Assembly (NCBI GenBank): GCA_016839555.1 | Contig: JAEOUA010000010.1 | Location: 416,001 to 480,000 of the forward strand | Direction of reading: 5' to 3' | Source: Promethearchaeota archaeon | Lineage (GTDB): Archaea; Asgardarchaeota; Lokiarchaeia; Sigyniarchaeales; SOKP01 | Length of the DNA: 64,000 bases | In this document: piece after piece, positions 1 to 9,693 of the stretch | How positions within the stretch are numbered: the first letter of the stretch is position 1 | Layout: each line of letters opens with the position of its first letter | Program-made: the position numbers and the translations under genes | The notes under the pieces: generated by a model | Told to the model about the DNA's origin: nothing | Seen by the model: only the letters and a program-made list of their open reading frames with translations | The model's database searches: none

Positions 1-70
1 TTTTATCATATTCTTTCCGATTTAAATTGTCAGAGATTTTATTTAAGATTTCTAATTGTTTTTCAAACAT
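1..70 (-). CDS. 5' end of a CDS running off the window (MFEKQLEILNKISDNLNRKEYDK...)
   Basis: ATG at 70-68, frame open to the window edge; product unknown. Confidence 0.5.
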   Translation of the reverse strand, partial: MFEKQLEILNKISDNLNRKEYDK

Positions 71-198
71 GATATTAAAATTGGATGAGCGTGTTAAATT
101 TATTATATGTGCCTTTTGTATATAAATTTTTTCAAATGCTCTTTATTAATCGCTTGTAAGAATTTTATAACAAGGAAGAGAATGAAAAAGAGAAGATA

Positions 199-321
199 AG
201 AAGGGTGAATGTCATCCCGTCTTATATAAAAGAATGAGTGAGATAATTAAACTCGGTGAGAGTTTAATAGAGGGCGAAATCCAATGTTTTGACGAGGATA
301 ACAAATTATTTTTTCCCTTCT
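199..321 (-). ncRNA. Candidate structured non-coding RNA (nested stems)
   Basis: Nested inverted repeats 199-205/315-321, 210-221/291-303 and 246-254/260-268 in non-coding DNA; a G-U pair favours the minus strand. Confidence 0.35.
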
Positions 322-549
322 ATGATTTAGATTGGGTTTTCTAAAATATAAAATATGAGATTTCAAGATTTGTTCTTGTGGATAGTACGGAATTCTTTAT
401 CTAATTTCGTTTAAATGTTTACTAACGTTTTTCACATAAGGTCATTCAAAACCCATTAAAAAGAAAAAAATGAAATTAAATTTTATAAAATTGTACATTA
501 AAAATGAGAAATTAAAATAATTGATTAATTAATTGAATAAAAAACACTT

Positions 550-1713
550 TTAAGTCGATAATAAAGTATTGCTTTCTTTAAATTTAGGCATGATTCGCAA
601 TATCTCAGTGGTGATGCCATCGGCCAGACGTGCTAATTGATATTTTAAGGAAAATTTGTTTCCTAAGGTATTATAGATTAATTTCAATAAAAGCCCCACG
701 GAAACTATTGTTATAATTATTATGGGTGTGAAGGTTGGCCAAGTTAAGATATGGGTAAAAAAGAAATAAAAGCTGTAATGAATTAGAAAAATGGAAAACG
801 AATAATACGAAAAATAGAAGAAGAAACGATATTTCTTATCAATATGAATGAAATCTAACTTTTCTATGTTAAAAAGTGTTGGATATAAGAATACTAACGC
901 TCCTACGGCATAGATAACCCATGCAGTATTTCTTCGATGCCAGAGAAAATCTTCAACGACAAGTGGAAGGGGGATAATAAAAGAAGCAATTAACATTAAA
1001 ATTAAGCCCGATATTACTAAGGGGAGCGTAATTTCACTAAAATAATTAACATGAGACATTTCAGGTTCTCGATTAATGTAATTTTCGAATATAATATCTG
1101 CGATTACCGTTCCAATTAAGAAAAACGGAAAATTGGATAAAATTGGAGTTAATTGATATCCGTTATAGAGGAAATAAAAGATCACACTTAAGGGATGCCC
1201 TTGAAGATTTTTGAATTGAACTAAATAAGAATAAAGATAATGATCAATAATAATAATTGCAGCAGCGACCACAATTTTCACAATTTTCTTACATTTTAAT
1301 AAGGGCCATGCAAGTAAAATTGAAGTGGGTAAAGTGAATAAAATAAACCAATTCCAAATTAAACTGAGATTGTTAGAAAGAATCGCATCAACGGTATTAT
1401 AAATGAATCCTACGATAAGAAGGAAAATTGCTCTTAAGATGTAGTTAAGGCGGAGCTTTTCATATGAAAAAGCATCATCAGTTTTAATTCTTTCAATTTT
1501 ATTTCTATAAGATAAGGTAAGACTAATACCTGAGATAAATAAAAATCCGCTTCCACCGATTACGTCAACAAATACTACAATATCATTAAGTAAATAAAAT
1601 GACTCATGCGACATCCACCATTCTGCCAAATGACCAAAAATCATCCACGTTATACATACACCACGAAAGAAATCGAGGCTATTCAATCGCTTTTTCATGA
1701 TAAAAATCTCCAA
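550..1713 (-). CDS. DUF1624 / heparan-alpha-glucosaminide N-acetyltransferase-like membrane protein
   Basis: N-terminal RLNSLDFFRG...MIFGH motif, FLFISG, multiple TM segments. Confidence 0.75.
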   Translation of the reverse strand: MEIFIMKKRLNSLDFFRGVCITWMIFGHLAEWWMSHESFYLLNDIVVFVDVIGGSGFLFISGISLTLSYRNKIERIKTDDAFSYEKLRLNYILRAIFLLIVGFIYNTVDAILSNNLSLIWNWFILFTLPTSILLAWPLLKCKKIVKIVVAAAIIIIDHYLYSYLVQFKNLQGHPLSVIFYFLYNGYQLTPILSNFPFFLIGTVIADIIFENYINREPEMSHVNYFSEITLPLVISGLILMLIASFIIPLPLVVEDFLWHRRNTAWVIYAVGALVFLYPTLFNIEKLDFIHIDKKYRFFFYFSYYSFSIFLIHYSFYFFFTHILTWPTFTPIIIITIVSVGLLLKLIYNTLGNKFSLKYQLARLADGITTEILRIMPKFKESNTLLST

Positions 1714-1745
1714 TGACCAGTTTAATAAAAAAATAATGCAACCTA

Positions 1746-3155
1746 TTAATTTTTTATTTTTTTAATAATCCCCTTAGCTGCAATAATTCCAGACACAGCA
1801 GCAGCAACAATACCTCTTGAAAACCCAGCGCCATCTCCGGCAAAAAATATGTTTTGAACTTGTCTTGACTCTAAATACTCATTAACATCAACTTTTTTCG
1901 CACTACGTTTAAATTCGGGAGCATATATCAGAGTGCTATTATTATTAACTCCGGGGATCACTTTATCTAAATTCGCTAACCCTTCTAATATATCTGTTAC
2001 AAATCTATATGGATAGGCCATAGCAATATCCCCTGGGGTATAATCATTAAGAGTGGGTTGTACTGGATTTCTTTCAATTAACGATTGACGAGACCTATGA
2101 CCTTTTCGTAAATCACCTAATGTCTGTAATAATGGCTTATATCCACCTAAAATTGAAGTCTGTTTTGCTATGGAACGCCCATATTCAGTGGTATCTTCCA
2201 ACGGAGCTGTTAATGTCTGGCGGATTAAAAATGCAAAATTAGAGGTTTCAGACTCGCCATTTATAGAAATTTGATGTCCGTTTACACCAACGATGTGTTC
2301 TTCATAATTTTCTTTAACAACGTAGCCTTCATGATTGACACAAAAAGTTCGAATGAAATCATTATAAGTGGGGGTTATAATATGAAATTTGGGGTCTCTT
2401 TGAACATTTTCACATATATTTTCTAAAATTATTGAAGGAACCTCCACTCTCACTCCTATATCTAAAGGTTCATAAAAAGTATTAAGTCCTAATTGATCAC
2501 ACTGCTGAGCAAGCCATAACATTCCCCAACGTCCAGGTGCAATTAAGAGAAAATCAAATTGTTGCTTCCTATTTTGCTTAAAAATTAGATTTTTTTGCTT
2601 ATCAAATGCGAGAACTTTAGTATCTGGAATTATTTCAACATCAAAATTAGATTCAAGATAATTTACAATAGATTTAATTACTTTTGGCGTATTTTTAGAT
2701 CCTAAAAGGCGTTGTTTAATCGGGATGAATCGTATATCCACAGCTGCGCATTTTCGTTTCAATTCTATCAACTCCTCTCCATTGTTATAGGGATCAAAAA
2801 CATTATTTGGAGCACCATTAGCCACAAAAAAACTATCTATTTCATTAATAATTTGATTTACATCAAGATTCACCTTATTACATAAGGCTTCCAAGTCGCC
2901 CCCAATTTTCTTATGTAAATTAAGGATGCCAGAAGACCATACCCCCGCTCCTCCCACACCACTCATTATCCTACACGGGTCACATTGCGCACATTCATAT
3001 TCTGACTTTTGAGGACAATTTCTGTTTTCAATAGAAGGTCCGGCCTCAAACAATTTAATTTCTACTTTATTGCCTAAGTTCTTTCCAAGTTCATTGGCAG
3101 CAAATAATCCTGCGGATCCCGCACCCACTATACCAATCTTTAGATTCTTTGACAT
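1746..3155 (-). CDS. FAD/NAD(P)-dependent oxidoreductase (uncharacterised family)
   Basis: GAGSAG dinucleotide motif, Cys cluster, RTFC, C-terminal AGDGAG. Confidence 0.85.
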   Translation of the reverse strand: MSKNLKIGIVGAGSAGLFAANELGKNLGNKVEIKLFEAGPSIENRNCPQKSEYECAQCDPCRIMSGVGGAGVWSSGILNLHKKIGGDLEALCNKVNLDVNQIINEIDSFFVANGAPNNVFDPYNNGEELIELKRKCAAVDIRFIPIKQRLLGSKNTPKVIKSIVNYLESNFDVEIIPDTKVLAFDKQKNLIFKQNRKQQFDFLLIAPGRWGMLWLAQQCDQLGLNTFYEPLDIGVRVEVPSIILENICENVQRDPKFHIITPTYNDFIRTFCVNHEGYVVKENYEEHIVGVNGHQISINGESETSNFAFLIRQTLTAPLEDTTEYGRSIAKQTSILGGYKPLLQTLGDLRKGHRSRQSLIERNPVQPTLNDYTPGDIAMAYPYRFVTDILEGLANLDKVIPGVNNNSTLIYAPEFKRSAKKVDVNEYLESRQVQNIFFAGDGAGFSRGIVAAAVSGIIAAKGIIKKIKN

Positions 3156-3218
3156 TTCAACTTTTTAAATATTCTTTTTCATAAATATTTTACATATAAA
3201 AGTATATCAATAAAAAAA

Positions 3219-4190
3219 CTATATTATATGTTTTAATATGTATTCATGAGAAAAGAAATCCTTTTTTTCTATTTTTTTAACTCGATTTTCATTAATTAAT
3301 TCGAGAAGATGCTGATGTATCATTCCTCCGTCCCAAAGATAATACAATTCTTTAATAGGCTCAAAAATTCGTTCCTGTGGAGTTATTATTCGTTGATCTA
3401 TTAATTCTCGAAGCGATTGGGGCTTTTCTTTACTTAAACTATTGATGACTTTTTCTTTATTTTTATCAATTTTTTCTCGTATCCTATTAAAAAAGTTCTC
3501 ATCCTTCTCATTATAGAAATTTCCATGAGCGGGGACTAAAATATAATCATCATTGAGATACAGTTTTTCCAATTTATCGATAGATTTTCTATATTGGAAT
3601 ATATCACTGTTTAAATCTCCATAATATGGATGGCTTCCAATATCTGCTACATATAATATTTTTCTTGCTTTATTATTTTTTGAAGAAATTTTAAATGCAG
3701 TATGACCGGGAGAATGTCCTGGAATATGAATAGATTCTATTAAAAAGGACGCACAATCAAAATTATCCTTTCCAGGAATAAAACTATTTACATATTTACA
3801 TTCTTGAAATTTAATATATTGCTTAATCATCATGCTATATTGTTCTTTTAAATTTAATTTATTAAAACCCACTCTTTCCATTAATTTATCCAAATTGGTT
3901 AAATAATCCATTTCTTGTATAGGACAAAACAACGGGGTGTAAAATTTTTCTTGGTGATAAAATGCATGGGCAGTATGATCTAGATGCCCGTGCGAAAATA
4001 TTAGCATTTTGGATGTTTTAATTCTGGAATAAAGCTCATCTATAGCATCAAAAGGATAATTCGCATCTATTAAAAGGGAGTTTGTTAATCCATTATTTTG
4101 AATCACCAAACTATTAAGTATATTGACTCGGTTTGATTTCTCCTTTACTAAATAAACTCCATTAATTAATTTTTTCCAATTTAATCTCAT
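3219..4190 (-). CDS. MBL-fold metallo-hydrolase
   Basis: SHGHLDH, PGHSPGH, PAHG motifs. Confidence 0.85.
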   Translation of the reverse strand: MRLNWKKLINGVYLVKEKSNRVNILNSLVIQNNGLTNSLLIDANYPFDAIDELYSRIKTSKMLIFSHGHLDHTAHAFYHQEKFYTPLFCPIQEMDYLTNLDKLMERVGFNKLNLKEQYSMMIKQYIKFQECKYVNSFIPGKDNFDCASFLIESIHIPGHSPGHTAFKISSKNNKARKILYVADIGSHPYYGDLNSDIFQYRKSIDKLEKLYLNDDYILVPAHGNFYNEKDENFFNRIREKIDKNKEKVINSLSKEKPQSLRELIDQRIITPQERIFEPIKELYYLWDGGMIHQHLLELINENRVKKIEKKDFFSHEYILKHII

Positions 4191-4289
4191 TATTTATAAA
4201 AATATATTATTAAGAATAAATTTAAATTAAAAAATAGTGTAAAAAACATTAATAAATGTCTAAAAAATAAGCTTTGAAACTTATTTTCA

Positions 4290-4448
4290 TTAATCTATAG
4301 GATACCAATGCTTACAATTTACACACTGTTTAATTCTTTGCCATTTTATTGAACCATTATCTTTAATTGCCATCTTCCGTTTCATCATTCGACCTGAACA
4401 TTTCTCACATATTCCAGAGAACTTTATATTACTTTTTTCAAGAGTCAT
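4290..4448 (-). CDS. Small zinc-ribbon protein, 52 aa (not in ORF track)
   Basis: Manual translation MTLEKSNIKFSGICEKCSGRMMKRKMAIKDNGSIKWQRIKQCVNCKHWYPID*, two CxxC pairs. Confidence 0.75.
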   Translation of the reverse strand: MTLEKSNIKFSGICEKCSGRMMKRKMAIKDNGSIKWQRIKQCVNCKHWYPID

Positions 4449-4803
4449 AATTGTTTTAGATATCCTATCTTATTTTAAGACTAAAAAAAACCCATATATT
4501 AGTAGAATAATAAAAAATATTTTATTTAAATATATGTTTGATAAAAAAAAGGGTGAGTAGTATATCGACATTATTATTAATTAATAGATCTCCCTTAAAG
4601 ATTATTTCTTAATTGAATTTCCTTTTAAAACTATAGTATTAATTAATTATCTTCTCTGAACAGGAAATAAGTAAGATAAAATATATTTATTAATAGTTAT
4701 CACTATTCCTTTACTATCAAATCAAGACATTTCTATTTTATTGATACATACCAAAAAACATTTCACATAAAACAAAAAAAGGTCACAAGAGGAATGCATT
4801 TAT

Positions 4804-5487
4804 ATGGATATAATGAATATTCTTAAAATTATTACAGCTATTATAACCGTTATTCTCGCTTTTATAGTAGGGATTATTGAATTAAAGAAAAATCCAGAAT
4901 ATTGGTTAAATAGATGGTTTGCATTATTTTTTTCAGCAATTTCCTTAGGATTCTTGTTTTATACTATATATCATTTCATATTATTTAATCCTGCCCCTAT
5001 TATTCCTTTAATGATAACTGCCCAAATACTTTATCATTTGGGTTTAGTAAGCGTTTTGATGACCGTTTTTGTGTTAGATTATTCTGAAACGGTAGCAATG
5101 AGTGTAAAATATTTACTCATTATCCTTGTAATTTTTATATTATCAATTTTTGGATATTTTATTTGGATCCCCACCCTGAATATGGAGCGATTCGAACAAG
5201 GAATTGTTGATACGGAAACTCCTTTGGCATGGTATATTTATGTAAGTATCTTTAGAATCGCAATTTTAATTTATATATTATATAAATTTTGGAGTATTTC
5301 AAAAAAATTTGAAGGTGAGGAAAAAACAAGAGTTTTATGGTTCTTTATTGGCTCCATTGTTAATGTTGCAGGCATATTTATGAATATGTTAGGGGGCATA
5401 ATTTCATCATTACTGCTGGAGATTATAGGATTAGCATTATTTAATGTTGGAGCTTTATTAACATTAAAAGGTTTTTTAGTGAAATAG
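4804..5487 (+). CDS. Standalone ~7TM membrane protein (HisKA-7TM-like sensor module)
   Basis: About seven hydrophobic segments, LNRWF motif after TM1; architecture similar to 38355 and 39210. Confidence 0.6.
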   Translation: MDIMNILKIITAIITVILAFIVGIIELKKNPEYWLNRWFALFFSAISLGFLFYTIYHFILFNPAPIIPLMITAQILYHLGLVSVLMTVFVLDYSETVAMSVKYLLIILVIFILSIFGYFIWIPTLNMERFEQGIVDTETPLAWYIYVSIFRIAILIYILYKFWSISKKFEGEEKTRVLWFFIGSIVNVAGIFMNMLGGIISSLLLEIIGLALFNVGALLTLKGFLVK

Positions 5488-5514
5488 AATATTATTCTTT
5501 CTTTTTTATTTCTT

Positions 5515-7455
5515 CTATTTATTTTTTTCAACCAGCCAAATGGGGCTTGCCCATGCCATCTGATCATTGCTCAAAAATATTCTGGGATAATAGAAGCAAA
5601 ATTGTTCATCATTTTTCAGTTTTACGTTATTTATAGTTATTAAATTAAAACTTTCAGTATCTATGTAATTGAGATTATAAATTTTTGAATCAACTACTAT
5701 TTCAGCTATAATATCATTATTTCTAATTATTTCTACCTTTTTAATCAACAATGGACTATAAATTTTAAGAGATAATTTTCTCTTATAATATAAATCGTTA
5801 TTTTCTTTTTGAAGTAAATCGATTATATCGCCCATAAAAAATTTATCAAGCCAAAATTCGAGAATTAATCTAGGACCAGTTGATCCATAACATTTTCGAT
5901 TATTTAGAGCCTTCCATAGTTCTTCTTTATTTAATTTATCTTTATAAGACCAAATTGCCATTATTCCTGAGGGATATAAACCATTATCTATATCAATGGG
6001 CCCTGAAGGATAATATCCAAAGTGATCATCTCCTCCTGCTATGAAACCCAGTTTATATCCATTCTGGAGAGCATCTTTTACATATGAACCTTCCTTTCCT
6101 AATACAGCTCCTCTTTTACGTGCATATTTCCCATATCCAAAAAACTTGTATCTGGGTGGAAGAGGATTTCCTTCTGAATAAGAGTATTCTTGATTTCCCC
6201 AAGTAGAATATATCTCCACTAATTTTTCAAGAGACTGATCGAAATAGTCCCAATTACGATATCCTGGTCTCAAAGCAGTATGATGTCCTATTAAAAGAAT
6301 TTGATCTTTGTAATTTTGAAGATTTTTAATTAGTTTTTGAGTGGAGTTATATTTATTTATATCAGATCGCAAAATTGGGAGCTTGTTATACTTATGATAA
6401 ATACAAATATCACCATAGCCCGAATACCATGTTCCATATTCATACCCAAAAATGGATACAAATGTATCATTTTCATTATATTTCTCGACAAGACTTTTGA
6501 TATCATTAAAATCTTCATTAGTAGTTTCCCAAGCATGGTCATGTTCCGTGGTTGTACCGAAATCCAATCCAGCATTAATTAGATTCTCAAAATATTCATT
6601 GACAGATCTCATCCCATCACTTTTATCAGTATGTGCATGTAGATAACCCCAATAAAGCTTTTGATGTTTATTTTTGTTAGATGAACAGACTATAATATTA
6701 GATTCATAAAGTTCTGAATGATATTCAATTTCTATATAATAAATACCTTCTTTGTCAAATTGAAGATATTTTATCCATTGTATACCTTCGTTACTTTTCA
6801 TAGAATCTAATTCTGTTAAGAAATGTTTTTCATTCGTTTCCGCATTTATTTGAAAAATTCTTATCATAGATGGTTGATGGGGCACCAAATTATAATATTT
6901 ATCTTCAAACCGTAATAAAATTTTAAAAGATTCTCCTAAGCTTACAATAGAAGGACCAATTATTGTAATATGATCAAATTTTTTACTAATTACATTAATA
7001 GTTGGGCTATTTTTAAGAAGTTTTGGTAATTTAGAAGGAGATTTGATCAAAATTTCAATTTTTTTATTTTTTTCAATGATGGACTGGGCTAATGTGTTTT
7101 TAATAGAAAAAGAAATTAATGTATTTCTTGGGATACCTATTGGATCTGTAATAAAATAAGAGATAGAGAGTTCTTTACCCGTTGTTATTATCGGAATCAT
7201 TTCAATTGGAGTCTTTAGGTTTAATTTCGCATACCCATTAGAATTTGGGTCTTCCGTTTGTAGAAAATACCAATCATTTTTATTATTTCTACCTCCTCGA
7301 AATCTAAAAATTAGAATACAATTTTTTGGAATTGAAATACCTAATTTAAAATTTAATTTAATGGAACATAATTCACGAACTTTAACGCTTTTCGGAAATA
7401 TTTGAATATTTTCGATATCATTACTGCTTTGGTTTAAAGATAATTTTTCAACCAT
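5515..7455 (-). CDS. DUF3604 / PHP-like metallohydrolase
   Basis: WGYLHAHTDKSDG, TTTEHD, GYEY, GFIAGGDDH, AWASPIW motifs. Confidence 0.8.
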   Translation of the reverse strand: MVEKLSLNQSSNDIENIQIFPKSVKVRELCSIKLNFKLGISIPKNCILIFRFRGGRNNKNDWYFLQTEDPNSNGYAKLNLKTPIEMIPIITTGKELSISYFITDPIGIPRNTLISFSIKNTLAQSIIEKNKKIEILIKSPSKLPKLLKNSPTINVISKKFDHITIIGPSIVSLGESFKILLRFEDKYYNLVPHQPSMIRIFQINAETNEKHFLTELDSMKSNEGIQWIKYLQFDKEGIYYIEIEYHSELYESNIIVCSSNKNKHQKLYWGYLHAHTDKSDGMRSVNEYFENLINAGLDFGTTTEHDHAWETTNEDFNDIKSLVEKYNENDTFVSIFGYEYGTWYSGYGDICIYHKYNKLPILRSDINKYNSTQKLIKNLQNYKDQILLIGHHTALRPGYRNWDYFDQSLEKLVEIYSTWGNQEYSYSEGNPLPPRYKFFGYGKYARKRGAVLGKEGSYVKDALQNGYKLGFIAGGDDHFGYYPSGPIDIDNGLYPSGIMAIWSYKDKLNKEELWKALNNRKCYGSTGPRLILEFWLDKFFMGDIIDLLQKENNDLYYKRKLSLKIYSPLLIKKVEIIRNNDIIAEIVVDSKIYNLNYIDTESFNLITINNVKLKNDEQFCFYYPRIFLSNDQMAWASPIWLVEKNK

Positions 7456-7550
7456 ACTAATAGGTTAATATTTCATTCGAATAAAAAGCCACTATAATCA
7501 AACTTTTATTAAATTCTAAAAAAAAAGAATAATCCCATAACCTTTGCAAG

Positions 7551-7590
7551 GTAGTCTTCAAATGTCTCATATTTTTACATTTGAGTCATC
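7551..7590 (-). promoter_or_regulatory. Eukaryote-like SECIS element in the 3' UTR of the selenoprotein gene
   Basis: mRNA sense: AUGAC-UCAAAUGU-AAAAAUAUGAG-ACAUUUGA-AGAC; UGAN/NGAN core, perfect 8-bp stem, apical A-run. Confidence 0.8.
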
Positions 7591-8118
7591 CTAAATGGGT
7601 TTAATATTTTTTTCAATCGCATTTATAATTAATTTAATATCAGGTCTATCAGGTTTACTTTCTGGCATATAAATCCACACAATTTCACCAGATTTGTTGA
7701 TTAAAAATTTTGAGGGAATAGCTTGCTTAGATTTTATATTTTTTTCTCCAACTTTATCATAAACATCAACATTAAACATTTGAACAATTTGTGCCCCTTT
7801 GTCCGAAATCTGAGGAAATTGTAAACTATTTTCTTTTTGATACTGTTTTAATTGATTCAAATTATCGGTTGATATTGATATTAGCTTAATTTTATGTTTA
7901 TTAAATTCATCTAAATGATTATTTAAGAGGATTGAATGCTCTTTTCAAGCATGTCACCACACTCCGCGGAAAAAATCTATGAGTAATCCTTTATTATTTT
8001 GAAGAATCTCTGATAAATCTATTTTATTGCCATCACCGTCTGTGATTGAAAATTGAGGTACTTTTTCTCCTACAGAAAGACCTTTATCACCGGCATAATT
8101 GTTTTTATTACTCATCAT
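7591..8118 (-). CDS. Peroxiredoxin-like (AhpC/TSA, thioredoxin-fold) selenoprotein with UxxU motif, ~175 aa
   Basis: ATG at 8118/8115, in frame with track ORF 7591-7860; reads GLSVGEKVPQFSITDGDGNKIDLS...FFRGVW-TGA-HA-TGA-KE; TGAs at 7956-7954 and 7947-7945 sit at the CxxC positions. Confidence 0.88.
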
Positions 8119-8252
8119 TCCATTATCATGTATTTTATTATTTAAATAATTATATAATAATCTAAAATAAATAAAGAATGCCTGATGTGGGCAAATATTG
8201 TGAACTTGGAAAATTATAAAAGTATAAATTTAAATAGAATTGTGATTATAGG

Positions 8253-8277
8253 GATCATAATGATCATAATGATCATA
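8253..8277. repeat. Tandem repeat (GATCATAAT)x~2.8, probable operator
   Basis: GATCATAAT GATCATAAT GATCATA with internal TGATCA palindromes, ending 14 nt before the start of the RHH-like gene. Confidence 0.6.
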
Positions 8278-8291
8278 GGAAAGTAAAAGAA

Positions 8292-8654
8292 ATGAAGGAC
8301 GAGAAAAGAGATAGATTTATTAAGGTAATGTTAACTGAGGGAGAATATAAAGATATTGAGAGATTTTCTCATATTGAATTTATGAATAAGTCAGAATTCA
8401 TACGAGAATCAGTTAAAAAAAGTATATATCAAATTAAAGACGAAATCTTACCACATAAACAGGATAGAATAAAAGATGGGCGAATTAAAAAAGAAATCTT
8501 TAAAGAAGCAAAAATGGCAATTAGTGCTCATGCTAATAATAAATATTTAGAAAAATCGAATAAAGAAGACTTAAAGCTCCATCAAAAAATGATTTATAAG
8601 AGAAAGCAAGAAATAGAAAATGAATTGGAGGAAATTAGAAAATCATTAAAATAA
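8292..8654 (+). CDS. Ribbon-helix-helix (CopG-like) protein with coiled-coil tail
   Basis: FIKVMLTEGEY...MNKSEFIRESV strand-helix-helix pattern. Confidence 0.6.
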   Translation: MKDEKRDRFIKVMLTEGEYKDIERFSHIEFMNKSEFIRESVKKSIYQIKDEILPHKQDRIKDGRIKKEIFKEAKMAISAHANNKYLEKSNKEDLKLHQKMIYKRKQEIENELEEIRKSLK

Positions 8655-9575
8655 TCATTCTTTCTTATACTCCGATTTATTTTTAATTATCGTAATAAAG
8701 ATTGCGATTAAAATTAATCCTGAACCGAGTAAACCTAAGGGAGTCAATATCTCGTCTCCCAAAAAATATCCAAATATTGCAGCAAACACTGGCTCAAGTG
8801 CGAAAATTATTGCCGTTGTTACTGAATCTTGATGCTTTTGACTCCAATTCTGAAATAAGAATGTAAGGGTTGTAACAATTAGGCCCATATAAATCATAAT
8901 CAACCAAAAATCTGATGTAAATGTTATTTGAGAATATTGTTCTTGGAATAGCAATGAAGAGGAGATGCAACATAAAATTATAGTACTAAGCTGGATTATT
9001 GAATAAAGATAAATATTCACGATTTTTACTGCTTTTTCAGTGTAAATAATAAATAAAGCGCAAAATACTGCACATATTAAAACCCAAATATCTCCTAAAA
9101 TAATCCCTTTTTCTCCTTCTAAAAACAAAAATGCTAACCCGATTACAGAAATGAATGCCGCTAACCACACACGTTTCTTAAAGGATTTTTTAAAAAAAAT
9201 TCTTCCTAAAAAGGGGACCATTATCGTACTTAAACCCGTAATGAATCCTGCTTTTCCAGCAGTAGTAGTCTTTAAACCAATAGTTTGTGTCGCTATCGCA
9301 ACAAAATAAATCAATCCAGAAATTATTCCCATCATTATAATTTTTTTATTAAGCTTTTTTAGATAAATAAAATAAGGAGAGAATCCTATTAATGCAATTA
9401 TAAAACGGAGGCTAAGATAGAAAAAGAGCGGCACATCTTTAATCACAGTTTTGGTAATGATAAATGTTGAACCCCAAAACACCGTAGTTAAAATAAGCAA
9501 AAAGAGTGCAATTGGTTTTTTTTTATTTTTTAATAATTCTTTTTCTCTAATTGGTTTTCCTTGGTTAGTTTCCAT
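8655..9575 (-). CDS. DMT/EamA family transporter
   Basis: FWGSTF, GDIW, ALEPVFA motifs; ~10 TM. Confidence 0.9.
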   Translation of the reverse strand: METNQGKPIREKELLKNKKKPIALFLLILTTVFWGSTFIITKTVIKDVPLFFYLSLRFIIALIGFSPYFIYLKKLNKKIIMMGIISGLIYFVAIATQTIGLKTTTAGKAGFITGLSTIMVPFLGRIFFKKSFKKRVWLAAFISVIGLAFLFLEGEKGIILGDIWVLICAVFCALFIIYTEKAVKIVNIYLYSIIQLSTIILCCISSSLLFQEQYSQITFTSDFWLIMIYMGLIVTTLTFLFQNWSQKHQDSVTTAIIFALEPVFAAIFGYFLGDEILTPLGLLGSGLILIAIFITIIKNKSEYKKE

Positions 9576-9693
9576 TTATAAAACAAATAGCATTTTTACT
9601 ATTCAAAAAGTGAATTCTAATAAAAAATATTGCTTTTTATAGGGATAAAAAGAATAAAAAAAAGAGCTTTCTTTAATAATTTAAAAATCTCTT

